Source: Candidatus Bathyarchaeota archaeon
GTDB taxonomy: Archaea > Thermoproteota > Bathyarchaeia > TCS64
Direction: 5' to 3'
Length of the DNA: 64,000 nt
Assembly: GCA_963771885.1 (NCBI GenBank)
Contig: CAVYVF010000022.1
Span: forward strand, 96,001 to 160,000
Below are positions 19,864 to 30,878 of the stretch, one piece after another. The first letter of the stretch is position 1, and every line of letters starts with the position of its first letter. Under the pieces are notes generated by a model that did not search any database, was not told the origin of the DNA, and saw only the letters and a list, made by a program, of their open reading frames with translations. The position numbers and the translations under genes were made by a program.

Positions 19864-20940
19864 CTACGGGGCCACTTCCTCATAAACTTCCTTGAGGGCA
19901 TCGAGCATCTGGGTTAGACTCAGGTTGGGAATGTAGCCCATGTTTCCGATACGATAAGTAGTCTCCTTTAAGGCGCCGTATCCCTGGGCGAGTTCAAAAC
20001 CCTTGGCCCGCATCGCCTCGTAGATCTTCGCCCCGGGTATACCCTTGGGCGCCTTTACGCAGTTGACGGTCGGACTCTCCGATCCCCTCTTCGGGTAGAC
20101 AGGTGTGCCCAACTTCTTGACGACGCGGCGGATTCGTGTATTCCTCTTCTTGTACAGGTCGAAGTACCACTGCTTGCCGCCCTTATCCTCAACCATTCGG
20201 AGCGCCGCGTTTAAGCCAGCGACCTGCGGGATGACTGACGTGACAGGTGTACCCTGCCCCTTCTCGTGGTCCTTCTGCCAGAGGAGGAGGTCAAAGTAGT
20301 AGCCCCTGTTGGGAATCTTCTCGGCGACCTCGAGGCACCTCTTGCTGACTGATCCTATGCCTAAGCCTGGTGGGACACCGAAGCACTTCTGGCTGCTGCT
20401 AAAGCAAATGTCGATGCCCCAGTCATCGACCTTAAGCTCGGTGCCGCCCATGCTGCTGACGGCGTCGACGAAGATGAGTTTCCCGTGCTTCTTAGCGACG
20501 GCGCAGAGGTCCTTTAGTGGGTTGATGAGACCGGCGCTTGTCTCGTTGTGGGTGATGGCGACTGCCTCAATCTCAGGGTGACCCCTGAGGGCGTCATCGA
20601 GCATCCCTGGCGTCACTGGCTCGCCCATGGGAGGTTCAACGATCGTCGCCTTCCTTCCGTTCGCCTTGGCGACGTCGGCGAATCTCTTCCCGAAGTCTCC
20701 GTTTACGCAGACGACGAGGTTATCCTTGACACAGTTGCGTACCGCCGCCTCCATGAACCCGGTGCCCGTCGCGCTGAACAGGTAGATAGGGTTCTGCGTT
20801 TCAATGTATGTCTGTAGGCGCGCCACTGTGTCGTAGTGGAGCTTCTTGTACTCGGCGCTCCTGTGGCTGTACATCTGCTCCCCCATAGCCTTGAGGACGA
20901 CTGGGTAGCAGGCCACGGGGCCCACCGTGAACAGCTTCAT
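19864..20940 (-). CDS. Class V PLP aminotransferase (alanine/serine-glyoxylate type)
   Basis: FTVGP, THNETSAG, VDAVSSMGG, SSSQKCFGVPPG, RIGNMG. Confidence 0.93.
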   Translation of the reverse strand: MKLFTVGPVACYPVVLKAMGEQMYSHRSAEYKKLHYDTVARLQTYIETQNPIYLFSATGTGFMEAAVRNCVKDNLVVCVNGDFGKRFADVAKANGRKATIVEPPMGEPVTPGMLDDALRGHPEIEAVAITHNETSAGLINPLKDLCAVAKKHGKLIFVDAVSSMGGTELKVDDWGIDICFSSSQKCFGVPPGLGIGSVSKRCLEVAEKIPNRGYYFDLLLWQKDHEKGQGTPVTSVIPQVAGLNAALRMVEDKGGKQWYFDLYKKRNTRIRRVVKKLGTPVYPKRGSESPTVNCVKAPKGIPGAKIYEAMRAKGFELAQGYGALKETTYRIGNMGYIPNLSLTQMLDALKEVYEEVAP

Positions 20941-21040
20941 ATAATATTCCTCGGTGAGGAAATGCGCAATTCAGGATAAAAGTGTAGGGTATCGCCGACC
21001 CGACGATGGGGATAAAAGCAGCGGCGGCGAGGCTTCAGCT

Positions 21041-21265
21041 ATGGGGGAGCGTGTTCTCAGGGACGAAGAGGCAGACCAGCTGATCATCCAGCTCCTGCGC
21101 GACGCGGGGCGTCCGCTCACGACGCGAGAGGTGCAGGAGGAGACACAGAAGAGGCTGGTCCGGTGCCCCGACTCGACGGTTGTCTTCCTGAACAAGTTGC
21201 GCATCCGCGGCGTTGTGCACGGTGAGATGTCTAAGGAGCGCCGCGGCTGGATCTGGTGGGTCTAG
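21041..21265 (+). CDS. Small winged-helix protein
   Basis: PLTTREVQ..RCPD..LNKLR..GVV..WIWW wHTH-like pattern. Confidence 0.65.
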   Translation: MGERVLRDEEADQLIIQLLRDAGRPLTTREVQEETQKRLVRCPDSTVVFLNKLRIRGVVHGEMSKERRGWIWWV

Positions 21266-21537
21266 GTCCAGCACGCCGTCTTATTGCAATACTCGAGCAG
21301 CCTGACCCAGCCTTCATAGTCGACGACCTCGACGCCTTCGACGGGCTTCTTATAGTCATCCTTGAGAGCGTGGAGACGGGCGAAGTTTAGGCGATCCACA
21401 ATCTGTGGGTCCTCGGCTAGGCGGCAGCCCTCACCAGTGAAGAGAATAATTATCTTCTTTCCCTGCGCCGCAACTCGGCGGGCTATACGGAAGCTCTCGC
21501 CGAAGTCCTGCGTCCCTATTTGGAGAAGGATGATCAT
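21262..21537 (-). CDS. DsrH/TusB-like sulfur relay protein
   Basis: HALKDD..VEVVDYEGWVRLLE pattern; last gene of a three-gene operon. Confidence 0.65.
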   Translation of the reverse strand: MIILLQIGTQDFGESFRIARRVAAQGKKIIILFTGEGCRLAEDPQIVDRLNFARLHALKDDYKKPVEGVEVVDYEGWVRLLEYCNKTACWT

Positions 21538-21548
21538 TCATTATCCTC

Positions 21549-21896
21549 CTAGAAGATGGCGACGACCCTGCTCTCAGAGAGCCTCTCCGCGAGGGCGTCA
21601 AGTGTTATCATTTTTACGTTGAGGTTGGGGTCGAGGTCCTCTACCTTCATGCTGCGTTCCTCCATGTCGGAGTCGAGGACGTGGAGTCCCGCGAGGTCTG
21701 AGGTAGTCTTTAGATAGTCCCAGAGCTGGCGGAGGGGGAGGGCGTTGTGTACGAGTCCGGGAACGGCATCGTCCATGAAGACAATAAGTGGAATGTGGTC
21801 CATGCCGACGAAGGCGGCGCTTAGACGGAGTCCCTCCCAGAACCTACTCCCGGGTTCCACCTTGCTGCGGAAGATGAATGTGGTCTCTTCGCTCAT
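21549..21896 (-). CDS. DsrF/TusC-like sulfur relay protein
   Basis: EGLRLSAA, VFMDDAV, DMEERS motifs. Confidence 0.7.
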   Translation of the reverse strand: MSEETTFIFRSKVEPGSRFWEGLRLSAAFVGMDHIPLIVFMDDAVPGLVHNALPLRQLWDYLKTTSDLAGLHVLDSDMEERSMKVEDLDPNLNVKMITLDALAERLSESRVVAIF

Positions 21897-22189
21897 CCCA
21901 TGAACACCACCTTATCGTTGCCCTCGAGCTGCTCGACGAGCTCGGCGAGGCTGCTCATCCTCGCGTTGACGGGCATGTTCTCCTTAGTTATCTCGTACTC
22001 GACTGCGCTTGCCCTGCAAGCGAGGAGGTCAGCGTAGAGGTACTCGACGGGACTCGGGTTCTTGAGGAGGCTTATCGCCTCCTCGTTAAAGAAGACGGTA
22101 ACGGCGTGACCCGAGCGTATAGCAGCCTTGCTGAGGCCCTCGACATCCCTAAGCTTGCCGGGTGTGGAGACGACGAGCAGTAGGCGCAT
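21893..22189 (-). CDS. DsrE/TusD-like sulfur relay protein
   Basis: VTVFFNEEA, LLACRASA (active-site Cys), SSLAELVE..DKVVF. Confidence 0.75.
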   Translation of the reverse strand: MRLLLVVSTPGKLRDVEGLSKAAIRSGHAVTVFFNEEAISLLKNPSPVEYLYADLLACRASAVEYEITKENMPVNARMSSLAELVEQLEGNDKVVFMG

Positions 22190-22316
22190 ATGTCACCTGA
22201 ATGGTGGGGAGCCCCTTAACGGTTTCTCCGCCGTCCATGAATTAGAACAGCTTGGCGTCAATGTTCTATTCCCTAGCATTAAGCCGGCTCCCGGTGAGCA
22301 ATATAATAGATGTTCA

Positions 22317-24177
22317 ATGGCGGAAAGTAGGGTACGGCTTACGGCATACGTCTTCCTAGGAATCCTCTGCGGGAGCCTTATTCTCAACGCTGCGGCGAGC
22401 TTCAACTTCGCGCCGCTCGTTCTCCAGTACGAGTCCCCGGGCTTCAACAGGTTCCGCTCCGAGGCAGAGCTGAGGTGGTTCCTCGATGAGAAGGCGAAGG
22501 CGAATATGTACACCGGCTGGGACATGGTGCTCGGAGGCATCGCCCCAGGTATTCAGTTCGCGATCAAGGGAAGTGCGGGGACCGCCACCTCTCTGGCGGG
22601 GCAGGAATCCACTAACGATTACTCTTCGACAAATATACAAGTCGCGGGGGTCGACGAGGCGGACATCGTGAAGACGGACGGGGAATACATCTACCTGACG
22701 CGGCTCGACACAGTCTACATTATCAAGGCGTACCCCACTGAGGACGCGGAACTCGTCGCCAAGATTCGCCTCGGGGATCAGGTTGGCGACCTCTTCATAG
22801 CTGGGGACAAGCTGGTCGTCTTCGTCAACGGCTACGGCATGATGGTAGCCAGTGTAAAGGGAGGCATCTACAGGCCTTACTCGGCAAAGACTGAGGTCTA
22901 CTTCTACGACGTCTCAGACAGGACGAACCCGGTGCTTGAGAGGACGTATGAGGCAGAGGGGAGCTACATCGCGACTCGGATGATCGGTAACTTCGTCTAC
23001 GTGGTCTCGCAGAAAGGGGCGTGGCTCTACGACGGCGTACTCGAGTTGCCAGCTTACACGGAGAACGGGCGCGTCTGCCAGATTACGGCTCCGAGCATCT
23101 ACTACTACAACGGCACCGACAACAGCTACGCATACACGACGATAGCGAGCGTGAACACGCAGGACTCGACATTCCCGATACAGTCGGAGACGTTCCTCCT
23201 CGGTTCGAGCAGCACGGTCTACTGCAGCGCCGAAAACCTCTATCTGACGACTTCGGGCTACTCGGAGACTGGTGTACACAAGATAAGGCTTGATAACGGG
23301 AGCATCGAAGGCGTTGCCGATGGTACCGTTCCAGGCTGGGTGCTCAACCAGTTCAGCATGGATGAGAGCGAGGGCTACTTCAGGATAGCAACGACTACTA
23401 GGCTACTCTTGGGGTGTCGCTGCCTCGTCGAAGAACAACGTCTACGTCCTAGACCCAGAGATGAAGGTTGTGGGGAGACTTGAGGACCTGGCGCCGGGGG
23501 AGCAGATTTACAGCGCCCGCTTCATGGGGGACCGCCTCTATATGGTGACGTTCAAGAAGGTCGACCCACTCTTCGTCATCGATCTCTCGGAGCCAACGGC
23601 GCCTCGTGTGCTTGGGAAGCTCAAGATACCCGGATACAGTAACTACCTCCACCCCTATGACGAGAACCACGTCATAGGCTTGGGTAAGGAGGCGGTGGAC
23701 GCCGAGGGCGGCGACTTCGCCTGGTACCAGGGAGTGAAACTCAGCCTCTTCGACGTGACCGATGTCTCAAACCCGGTCGAGGTGGCAAAGGTAGAGATAG
23801 GGGACAGGGGTACGGATTCTCCAGCGCTGTACGACCACAAGGCGTTCCTCTTTAACAGAGAGATGAACCTACTCGTGATTCCAGTGCTTGAGGCGAAGGT
23901 GAGCGGTCAATACGCCTCGGAGGCAAACGCATATGGAGACTTCGTCTACCAGGGCGCTTACGTCTTCAACATCAGCACGGAGGGCATCAGCCTTAGAGGG
24001 CGGATAAGCCACCTGCAGGGAGACGAGTTACTTAAGAGTGGCTACTGGTTCGACTCCGACTACAGCGTCCTCAGGAGCCTTTACATCGGGGAGAACCTCT
24101 ACACGATCTCAGGGCGGATGGTGAAGATCAACAGCCTCGCCGACTTGAGCGAGTTGAAGGTGATCGCCCTAAATTAA
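22317..24177 (+). CDS. Secreted beta-propeller domain protein (frameshift near 23400)
   Basis: YSSTNIQVAGVDEADIVKTDG, LNQFSMDE..FRIATT, IYSARFMG..VTFKKVDPLFVIDL, LKIPGYSNYLHPY. Confidence 0.9.
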
Positions 24178-24288
24178 CCAAGTCTTTTTTCTTACGTATG
24201 GCGAAACTTTCGGGTTTTTCCTATTTTCAGCCGTGGTTACACCGGTTTTCTGTTAGGTTAATATACACGACGCGTTTTCTCCCCATTC

Positions 24289-25635
24289 ATGGCTCAGGGC
24301 GGTGGGCTGGTTCGCCTGACTGGGATGCGGCTCTTTGCCGTTATCTGGACGGGGCAGTTCTTCAGCCTACTCGGAACCTATATGAGCCAGTTCGCGCTGA
24401 GCATCTGGGCTTGGCAGCTGACTGGGGAGGCTACGGCTCTCGCGCTGGTTGCCTTCTTCAACTTCGCCCCCTCAGTGATCATGTTCCCCCTCGCCGGTGC
24501 CCTCGTAGATAGGTGGAACCGGAAGCTCGTAATGATGATCAGCGACGTCGCCTCAGGGATAGCGACGATCATTGTTTTCCTTCTATTATCGGCGGGGAAG
24601 CTTGAGATATGGCACCTCTACGTGACAGGTGCCTTCACGGGGATATTCCAATCCTTCCAGTGGCCAGCGTACAGCGCCTCAACGTCACTAATAGTGGAGA
24701 AGAAGGACTACGCCCGGGCGAGTGGGATGCTAAGCCTCGCAGACTCGGTGTCGAACATCGTGGCGCCAGCTGCAGCTGGGGTCCTCGTCGCCATCATCGG
24801 GGTCACTGGGATTCTGACGATAGACATTGTCACGTTCCTCGCCGCGATCGGGATACTCCTCATTGTTGTCGTCCCGCAACCACCGAAAACCGTGGAGAAG
24901 AGGAGTATGCTCAGCGACACCTTCTACGGCTTCAGGTTCATCGCAGAGAAGAGGGGACTGCTCGGACTACAACTCAACTTCTTCGCCACAAACCTCCTAC
25001 TTGGAGTTGGATTCACACTCCTCACGCCCATGCTGATGCTACGTACAGGAAATGATACAGTTATTACGGGTACTGTTCAGTCAGCCTTCGGCATCGGAGG
25101 AGTCGTTGGCGGCATTGCGTTGAGTGCGTGGGGTGGACCGAAGCGGAAGATAGACGGCGTTTTCCTGGGCATGGCGGCGAGCGCTCTACTTGGGATGACG
25201 ATGATGGGGATCGCCCAGACGCCGTTGTTTCTCATGGTCGGCGCTTTCCTAACGATGCTCTTCATACCCACGTCGAACGGCTCGAACCAAGCGATCTGGC
25301 AGGCAAAGGTTCCACCTGAAGTTCAGGGCAGGGTATTCGCTACGCGTGCCTTGATTGCAACGATGTCCTCACCAATTGGTATGGCGATAGCAGGACCTCT
25401 CGCAGATAAGGTGATGACACCGGCCATGGAGCCGGGGGGTGCCCTCTCCAGCGTCTTCGACTGGCTCGTCGGGACGGGGCCCGGCGCAGGCATAGGGCTC
25501 CTTTTCGTTCTGCTCGGCTTACTCGGCGCAGCCATAACGCTGAGCGGCTACGCCTTCAAGTCGGTGAGGGACGTCGAGAAGGACATCCCTGACCACGACG
25601 CTATAAAGAAAGAGGATTCGACTAATGGGCCTTGA
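24289..25635 (+). CDS. MFS transporter (macrolide-efflux/DHA3-like)
   Basis: IWTGQFFSLLG, AGALVDRWNRK, QAKVPPEVQGRVF. Confidence 0.9.
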   Translation: MAQGGGLVRLTGMRLFAVIWTGQFFSLLGTYMSQFALSIWAWQLTGEATALALVAFFNFAPSVIMFPLAGALVDRWNRKLVMMISDVASGIATIIVFLLLSAGKLEIWHLYVTGAFTGIFQSFQWPAYSASTSLIVEKKDYARASGMLSLADSVSNIVAPAAAGVLVAIIGVTGILTIDIVTFLAAIGILLIVVVPQPPKTVEKRSMLSDTFYGFRFIAEKRGLLGLQLNFFATNLLLGVGFTLLTPMLMLRTGNDTVITGTVQSAFGIGGVVGGIALSAWGGPKRKIDGVFLGMAASALLGMTMMGIAQTPLFLMVGAFLTMLFIPTSNGSNQAIWQAKVPPEVQGRVFATRALIATMSSPIGMAIAGPLADKVMTPAMEPGGALSSVFDWLVGTGPGAGIGLLFVLLGLLGAAITLSGYAFKSVRDVEKDIPDHDAIKKEDSTNGP

Positions 25636-26824
25636 AGTACTCCTTAGCTTCCTTGAGCACCTCCGGCTTGGCAAGTAGCTCGACCATCGTCATGGCGAGC
25701 GCCTTCGTACCGACCATCATAGCTTCGAGACCCTCCGAGGTCATTGTGCAGTCTGCTAGCTGCTTGCTGTGGCCGGGGATGTTCTCGGGACCGATGCCGA
25801 TGTAGCTGCCGGTGGATGGACACTTTTGACTGACGTCACCGAAGTCGGTGGAAGCCATGGGTATACCGGCCTGCGTCTCTTGCCAGTCGTCAACCTTGAC
25901 GCCTTGGTCTATGTAATTCTGGTAGAGGACCTTGACGAGAGGGATGTTGGGCTTCATGCTGCTGTAGAGCTTTGCCTTTGTTACTGTCACTTGAGCACCG
26001 GTCGAGATGGCTGCTCCCTCTGCGCATTTGGCAACCTTGTCGACCATGGTTTCTAGGTATTTTTCGTCGCTGCTGCGGACTCCGAACTGGCAAACGGCGC
26101 GGTCGGGGATGATGTTATTGGCGAGACCGCCTTCGGTTATGATGCCGTGAATTACTAGATTGGCGTCGCGGCGCGCTTCCTGACGGAGCATGTGTGTCGC
26201 CATGTAAGCGAGAGTAGCTGCATTCAGCGCGTTGATGCCCTTCTCGGGGCTGGCGGCTGCGTGGCTGGTCTGTCCCTTGAAATCCATCTTTAACTGCCAG
26301 ATACCGAGGGCTTTGCCACCGACTCCATAGCGGGTCGCGGGGTGGAGCATTATGGCGGCGTCGACGTCGTCCCAGAAGCCCTTCTTAGCCATTATTACCT
26401 TGCTGCCCGCGCTGGGGCCTCTACCCTCCTCGGCGGGGGTGCCGACTACGAGTATATCGCCGGGGAGGTCTCTGACTACTCGAGCGGCGGCGACTCCGGA
26501 GCCTATAGCGGATGCGGCGATTAGGTTGTGTCCGCAACCGTGGCCGACACCGGGAAGGGCGTCGTACTCGGCGAGAACGGCGACCTTAGGTCCCTTCTTC
26601 TCGCCCTTCCACGAAGCAGAGAAAGCTGTGGGGATGCCTAGGAGTTGCTTCTCGACTTTAGCGCCCTGCCTTTCGAGCTCCTCGGTGAGGAGTGCGTATG
26701 CCTTGTATTCCTCGGAGCCTAGCTCGGGGTTCTCGTACATCCACGTGGCTATCTCTGTAAGGCGTTTCCTCTGGGACTCAACCTCCTTTTTCACGTTTTC
26801 CTTGAGTACATTAACGTCGACCAT
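25622..26824 (-). CDS. M20 family amidohydrolase (ACY1L2-like)
   Basis: NPELGSEE, AEYDALP..GHGCGHN, GTPAEEG, STDFGDVS. Confidence 0.93.
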   Translation of the reverse strand: MVDVNVLKENVKKEVESQRKRLTEIATWMYENPELGSEEYKAYALLTEELERQGAKVEKQLLGIPTAFSASWKGEKKGPKVAVLAEYDALPGVGHGCGHNLIAASAIGSGVAAARVVRDLPGDILVVGTPAEEGRGPSAGSKVIMAKKGFWDDVDAAIMLHPATRYGVGGKALGIWQLKMDFKGQTSHAAASPEKGINALNAATLAYMATHMLRQEARRDANLVIHGIITEGGLANNIIPDRAVCQFGVRSSDEKYLETMVDKVAKCAEGAAISTGAQVTVTKAKLYSSMKPNIPLVKVLYQNYIDQGVKVDDWQETQAGIPMASTDFGDVSQKCPSTGSYIGIGPENIPGHSKQLADCTMTSEGLEAMMVGTKALAMTMVELLAKPEVLKEAKEYFKAH

Positions 26825-27000
26825 TTTGATCTAGTATGATTGATTAGCTGGGCTGATAGCGTTTGCTGGTGCGATCGGTGGCGCGTGTGCCCGTCGTTTC
26901 CTCCTCCGCTGCCGTAGCGTTTCAGGCTGTTTGGCGCGCGCGCTTTACAAAGATCGGTGTTTCGCCAGATTTCCAGACGCGCTCTTCGCCACGATGGCAT

Positions 27001-27010
27001 TAAAAAAAAC
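27001..27010 (-). terminator. Oligo-T terminator after ppdK
   Basis: T8 run on minus strand a few nt after the ppdK stop. Confidence 0.5.
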
Positions 27011-27016
27011 GTGCAT

Positions 27017-29674
27017 TTACTTCTTCTGCTCGCTCTGTATAGCGATCCTCGCAGCCGCGAGGCGCGCCACGGGTATGCGGAATGGGCTGCAACTGACATA
27101 GTCAAGCCCAGCCTCGTGGAAGAAGTAGATGCTCTCAGGGTCTCCACCGTGCTCACCGCAGATGCCTATCTTGATCTTAGGGTTAGCGGGGCGCGCTAAC
27201 TTGACGCATATCTTCACAAGTTCGCCGACGCCCTTCTTGTCCAGCGTCTGGAAGGGGTCGTCAGGCAGTATTTTCTTCTCCACATAGACTGGGAGGAACG
27301 TACCCTGCGCGTCGTCCCTACTCAGCCCCATACCAGTCTGCGTCAGGTCGTTTGTGCCAAAGCTGAAGAAATCGCACTCCTTCGCCATTTCATCGGCGGT
27401 CAACGCTGCGCGGGGCATCTCGATCATAGTCCCGTACTTGAAAATGATCTTCTCACCGTACTTCTTCATCGCCTCATCGTACGCCTTGACCACGAAAGGC
27501 TTCAGATACGCCAGCTCTCGCCATGTGATGGTGCCTGGGATCATGATCTCCGGGTGAGGGTCATCCCCTTCCTTCTTCAGCTCGCAGGCCGCCTCGAATA
27601 TGGCCTTCGCTTGAGTCTCGTATATCTCGGGGTAGAGAACGCCGACACGGCAAGCGCGCAACCCGATCATTGGGTTCGCCTCCTGTATCTTCCTCACCTT
27701 ACCGAGTATGACACGCTTCGCCTCTATCTCCTTCTTCGGCGCCTTCGCCTTCTCCAGCTCGAATATCTCCGTCACCACGTCCACCTCGCGGGGCATGAAC
27801 TCGTGGAGCGGCGGGTCGAGCAGCCTGATCTGCACCGGCTTGCCCTTCATCGCCTTGAGGAGGCTCTTGAAGTCCTTCTTCTGCATCGGCAGCAGCTTGT
27901 CGAGCGCCTTCATCCTCTCGGCAAGGGTGTCAGCCATAATCATCTCGCGGACCAGCGCCACGCGCTCGACGCCTAGGAACATGCGCTCCGTGCGGGTTAA
28001 CCCGATTCCGGCCGCGCCGTTCTCATACGCCTTCTTCGCGTCATTTTCGTCGTTCGCGTTCGCCCAGACACCGAGGCGCCTATACTTGTCCGCCCAACCG
28101 AGTAGCACGGCGACCTCGCCGCCTACCTTCGGCTCGATGAACTCGACCTCGCCCATGTAAACGTCCGCCGTCAGCCCGTCGATTGTGATTAGATCACCCT
28201 TCTTTACCACAACATCGCCGACCTTCGCGATCTCCTTATCGAGATCGATCTGCATCGCCTCGCAGCCAACGATAGCGGGCTTTCCAATACCTCTGGCGAC
28301 GATCGCCGCATGGCTCGTCATCCCGCCTCTGCTCGTCAGCACTCCCTCGGCGGCGACCATACCCGCGATGTCCTCAGGCGTCGTCTCCGGGCGCACAAGA
28401 ATGACCTTCTTGCCAGCGGCCTTCCACTCCTCCGCTTCCTTAGGCACGAAGACGACTTGGCCTGTAGAGGCACCAGGACTAGCAGGAAGTCCACGACAAA
28501 GAGCCTTCTTCCCCGTCTTCGGATCGATGGTCTTGTGGAGCATCAGCTCAACCTGCTTGGGCTCCACGCGAAGGATAGCTTCCTTCTCAGTGATGAGCTT
28601 CTCGTCCACCATGTCGACAGCGCACTTCACCGCCGCTCTCGCTGTCCTCTTCGCGTTGCGACACTGCAACATATAGAGGACGCCCCTCTCGATTGTGAAC
28701 TCGACATCCTGCATGTCTTTGTAATGGCTCTCGAGCTTCCCGACGATATCGACAAGCTCTTTGTGGATCTTGGGCATTTGCTGCCTGAGGTCGTCTAGGC
28801 CAATGGGGGTCCTTATGCCCGCGACGACGTCCTCGCCCTGCGCATTGAAGAGAAGTTCACCGAGTATGTGCTTCTCCCCGCTGCTCGGGTTACGCGTGAA
28901 TAGCACGCCGCTGCCCGAGTCGTTGCCCAAGTTGCCGAAGACCATCGTTTGGATGTTGCAAGCCGTCCCCATCTCATCCGGGATTCGCTCCATCTTCCTA
29001 TACGTGATTGCGCGGGGTGTGTTCCAGCTGTTGAAGACAGCCGCGATGGCGAGCTTGAGCTGCTCCTCCGGGTCCTCGGGGAAATCGCTCTTCACCACCT
29101 TCTTGAAGAGCTTCTTCTGCTCAGCCACGATGGCCTTTAACGCCTTTGGACTAAGCTCGGTGTCGCTCTTCACGCCCTCCTTCTCCTTCCACGCCTCGTG
29201 GACCTTGTCAAAGTCCTTCCTCTCCGCCCCCATGACGACGTCAGCAAACATCGTCACGAAGCGCCTGTAGGCATCGTAAACGAACCGCTCATCCTTCGTC
29301 AACTTGCTGAGTCCCTCGGCGACCGCGTCGTTAATGCCTAGATTAAGGACGGTGTCCATCATCCCCGGCATACTACGCGGCGCACCGCTGCGGACTGAGA
29401 AGAGCAGCGGGTTCTTTGCATCCCCGAACTTCTTCCCCGCCGCCTTCTCGACGCCCTTCAGGTGTTCCATGACCTCCACCCAGAGGCCTGAGGGGAACTT
29501 GCCCTTTGCCTCGAAGAACTCGGCGCAGGTCTTCGTCGTGATAGTGAAGCCCGGCGGAACCCGGAGCCCCATATTGACCATCTCTGCTAGATTGGCTCCC
29601 TTGCCACCCAGCAGATCCTTCATGTCCTTATTGCCCTCGGAGAAGTCGTAGACGCGCTTTACCATCGGTGTCAA
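27017..29674 (-). CDS. ppdK: Pyruvate, phosphate dikinase
   Basis: LLGGKGANLAEM, SVRSGA..SMPGMMDTVLN, GGMTSHAA (phospho-His), FSFGTNDLTQ, GICGEHGG. Confidence 0.98.
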   Translation of the reverse strand: MTPMVKRVYDFSEGNKDMKDLLGGKGANLAEMVNMGLRVPPGFTITTKTCAEFFEAKGKFPSGLWVEVMEHLKGVEKAAGKKFGDAKNPLLFSVRSGAPRSMPGMMDTVLNLGINDAVAEGLSKLTKDERFVYDAYRRFVTMFADVVMGAERKDFDKVHEAWKEKEGVKSDTELSPKALKAIVAEQKKLFKKVVKSDFPEDPEEQLKLAIAAVFNSWNTPRAITYRKMERIPDEMGTACNIQTMVFGNLGNDSGSGVLFTRNPSSGEKHILGELLFNAQGEDVVAGIRTPIGLDDLRQQMPKIHKELVDIVGKLESHYKDMQDVEFTIERGVLYMLQCRNAKRTARAAVKCAVDMVDEKLITEKEAILRVEPKQVELMLHKTIDPKTGKKALCRGLPASPGASTGQVVFVPKEAEEWKAAGKKVILVRPETTPEDIAGMVAAEGVLTSRGGMTSHAAIVARGIGKPAIVGCEAMQIDLDKEIAKVGDVVVKKGDLITIDGLTADVYMGEVEFIEPKVGGEVAVLLGWADKYRRLGVWANANDENDAKKAYENGAAGIGLTRTERMFLGVERVALVREMIMADTLAERMKALDKLLPMQKKDFKSLLKAMKGKPVQIRLLDPPLHEFMPREVDVVTEIFELEKAKAPKKEIEAKRVILGKVRKIQEANPMIGLRACRVGVLYPEIYETQAKAIFEAACELKKEGDDPHPEIMIPGTITWRELAYLKPFVVKAYDEAMKKYGEKIIFKYGTMIEMPRAALTADEMAKECDFFSFGTNDLTQTGMGLSRDDAQGTFLPVYVEKKILPDDPFQTLDKKGVGELVKICVKLARPANPKIKIGICGEHGGDPESIYFFHEAGLDYVSCSPFRIPVARLAAARIAIQSEQKK

Positions 29675-29873
29675 CTCTCAGATGCAGAAAACTCTCGGTG
29701 GGCTACACATAAGTTTACCCCTCACTCCAAACATCAAATCAACGTGTTAGCAGTCAATAAAACCTGAGAATGGGTGATATAAGCCTCAATAAATGCGTTT
29801 AACCCGGAATAAGTCCGATATTTTGCCCAGTTTCGCCGAAAGAGCCCACTTTCAGCCCCCTCTCAGGGTTTTT

Positions 29874-29890
29874 AGAAAGGGTTATAAATG
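29874..29890 (+). promoter_or_regulatory. BRE/TATA promoter of tfb
   Basis: agaaaggg-TTATAAA about 40 nt upstream of the start codon. Confidence 0.55.
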
Positions 29891-29929
29891 ACGTCTTGAC
29901 TCGCTATATTAGTCTTTCGGAGTGGTTCT

Positions 29930-30853
29930 TTGGCAGCGACGCTACGAAGCAAGGCCGTGTGCACCGAATGCGGCAGCACAAACCTCCTCCGCGACTACGA
30001 CTCCGGTGAGCTAGTCTGCGAGAAGTGTGGATTCGTCCTCTCAACCACCCTCATCGACCAGGGACCCGAGTGGCGCGCCTTCGACCAGGAGCAGCGCGAC
30101 AAGCTCCCAAGAGTAGGCGCCCCCGTCACCTGGACAATACACGACAAGGGACTGAGCACTACCATCGGTTGGCAGGACCGCGACGCCTCGGGTAGACGCC
30201 TGAGCCCCGAGGAGCGTGCGCGCCTCTATCGCCTCCGCAAGTGGCAGCGCCGTAGCAAGGTATCAGACTCCACACAGCGCAACCTCGCACATGCACTTAG
30301 CGAGATGAGCAAGATCGCCTACAAGCTCAACCTTCCACGCAACGTCATCGAAACCTCAAGCATGATCTACCGCCGCGCCATCCAAAAGCAGCTAATCAGG
30401 GGTCGTACGATCCAGAGCGTCGCCGTCGCAAGCATATACATGGCTTGTCGCCAGTGCAACGTAATCAGGACGCTTGAGGACGTCGCGGTCGCCGCAAACA
30501 TCACAAAGAAGGAGGCGGCGAGGAACTACCGTTTCCTTTTACGTGAGCTGCAGCCCGATGTCCCGCAGGTAGACCCACATGGTTACATTAGTAAAATCGT
30601 GAACAAGCTCTCACTCACAGGTGAGACGGAGATGCTCGCTATGGGCATACTCAAGAAGGCATCCAGCCTCCGCCTCACAAGCGGCAGGGGTCCCTCCGGC
30701 ATCGCCGCTGCATGTATCTACATAAGCAGCCAGCTCACAGATGAGCGCCGGACACAAGGCGAGATCGCCAAAGAGGCACAGGTGACCGAGGTCACTATCA
30801 GGAACCGCTACAAGGAACTCGCACAGCGTCTCGAGTTCACCGTCAGCCTCTAA
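29930..30853 (+). CDS. tfb: Transcription initiation factor IIB
   Basis: Zn ribbon CTECG..CEKCG, GPEWRAF, HDKGLST, two cyclin repeats, VTEVTIRNRYKEL. Confidence 0.98.
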   Translation: MAATLRSKAVCTECGSTNLLRDYDSGELVCEKCGFVLSTTLIDQGPEWRAFDQEQRDKLPRVGAPVTWTIHDKGLSTTIGWQDRDASGRRLSPEERARLYRLRKWQRRSKVSDSTQRNLAHALSEMSKIAYKLNLPRNVIETSSMIYRRAIQKQLIRGRTIQSVAVASIYMACRQCNVIRTLEDVAVAANITKKEAARNYRFLLRELQPDVPQVDPHGYISKIVNKLSLTGETEMLAMGILKKASSLRLTSGRGPSGIAAACIYISSQLTDERRTQGEIAKEAQVTEVTIRNRYKELAQRLEFTVSL

Positions 30854-30878
30854 GTCTTTATCCAACCCCCCATTCTAG

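Noticed and set aside
5648..24177. Frameshifts in DUF2207, prenyltransferase-like, 17.7 kb hypothetical and beta-propeller genes as pseudogenes or programmed frameshifts
   Set aside because: Single-base indels are scattered through core and island genes alike with no slippery sites or further decay; long-read consensus error is the simpler explanation.
27354..29651. Long antisense ORFs over ppdK and similar shadow ORFs elsewhere
   Set aside because: Typical of GC-rich codon bias opposite well-supported genes; no motifs.
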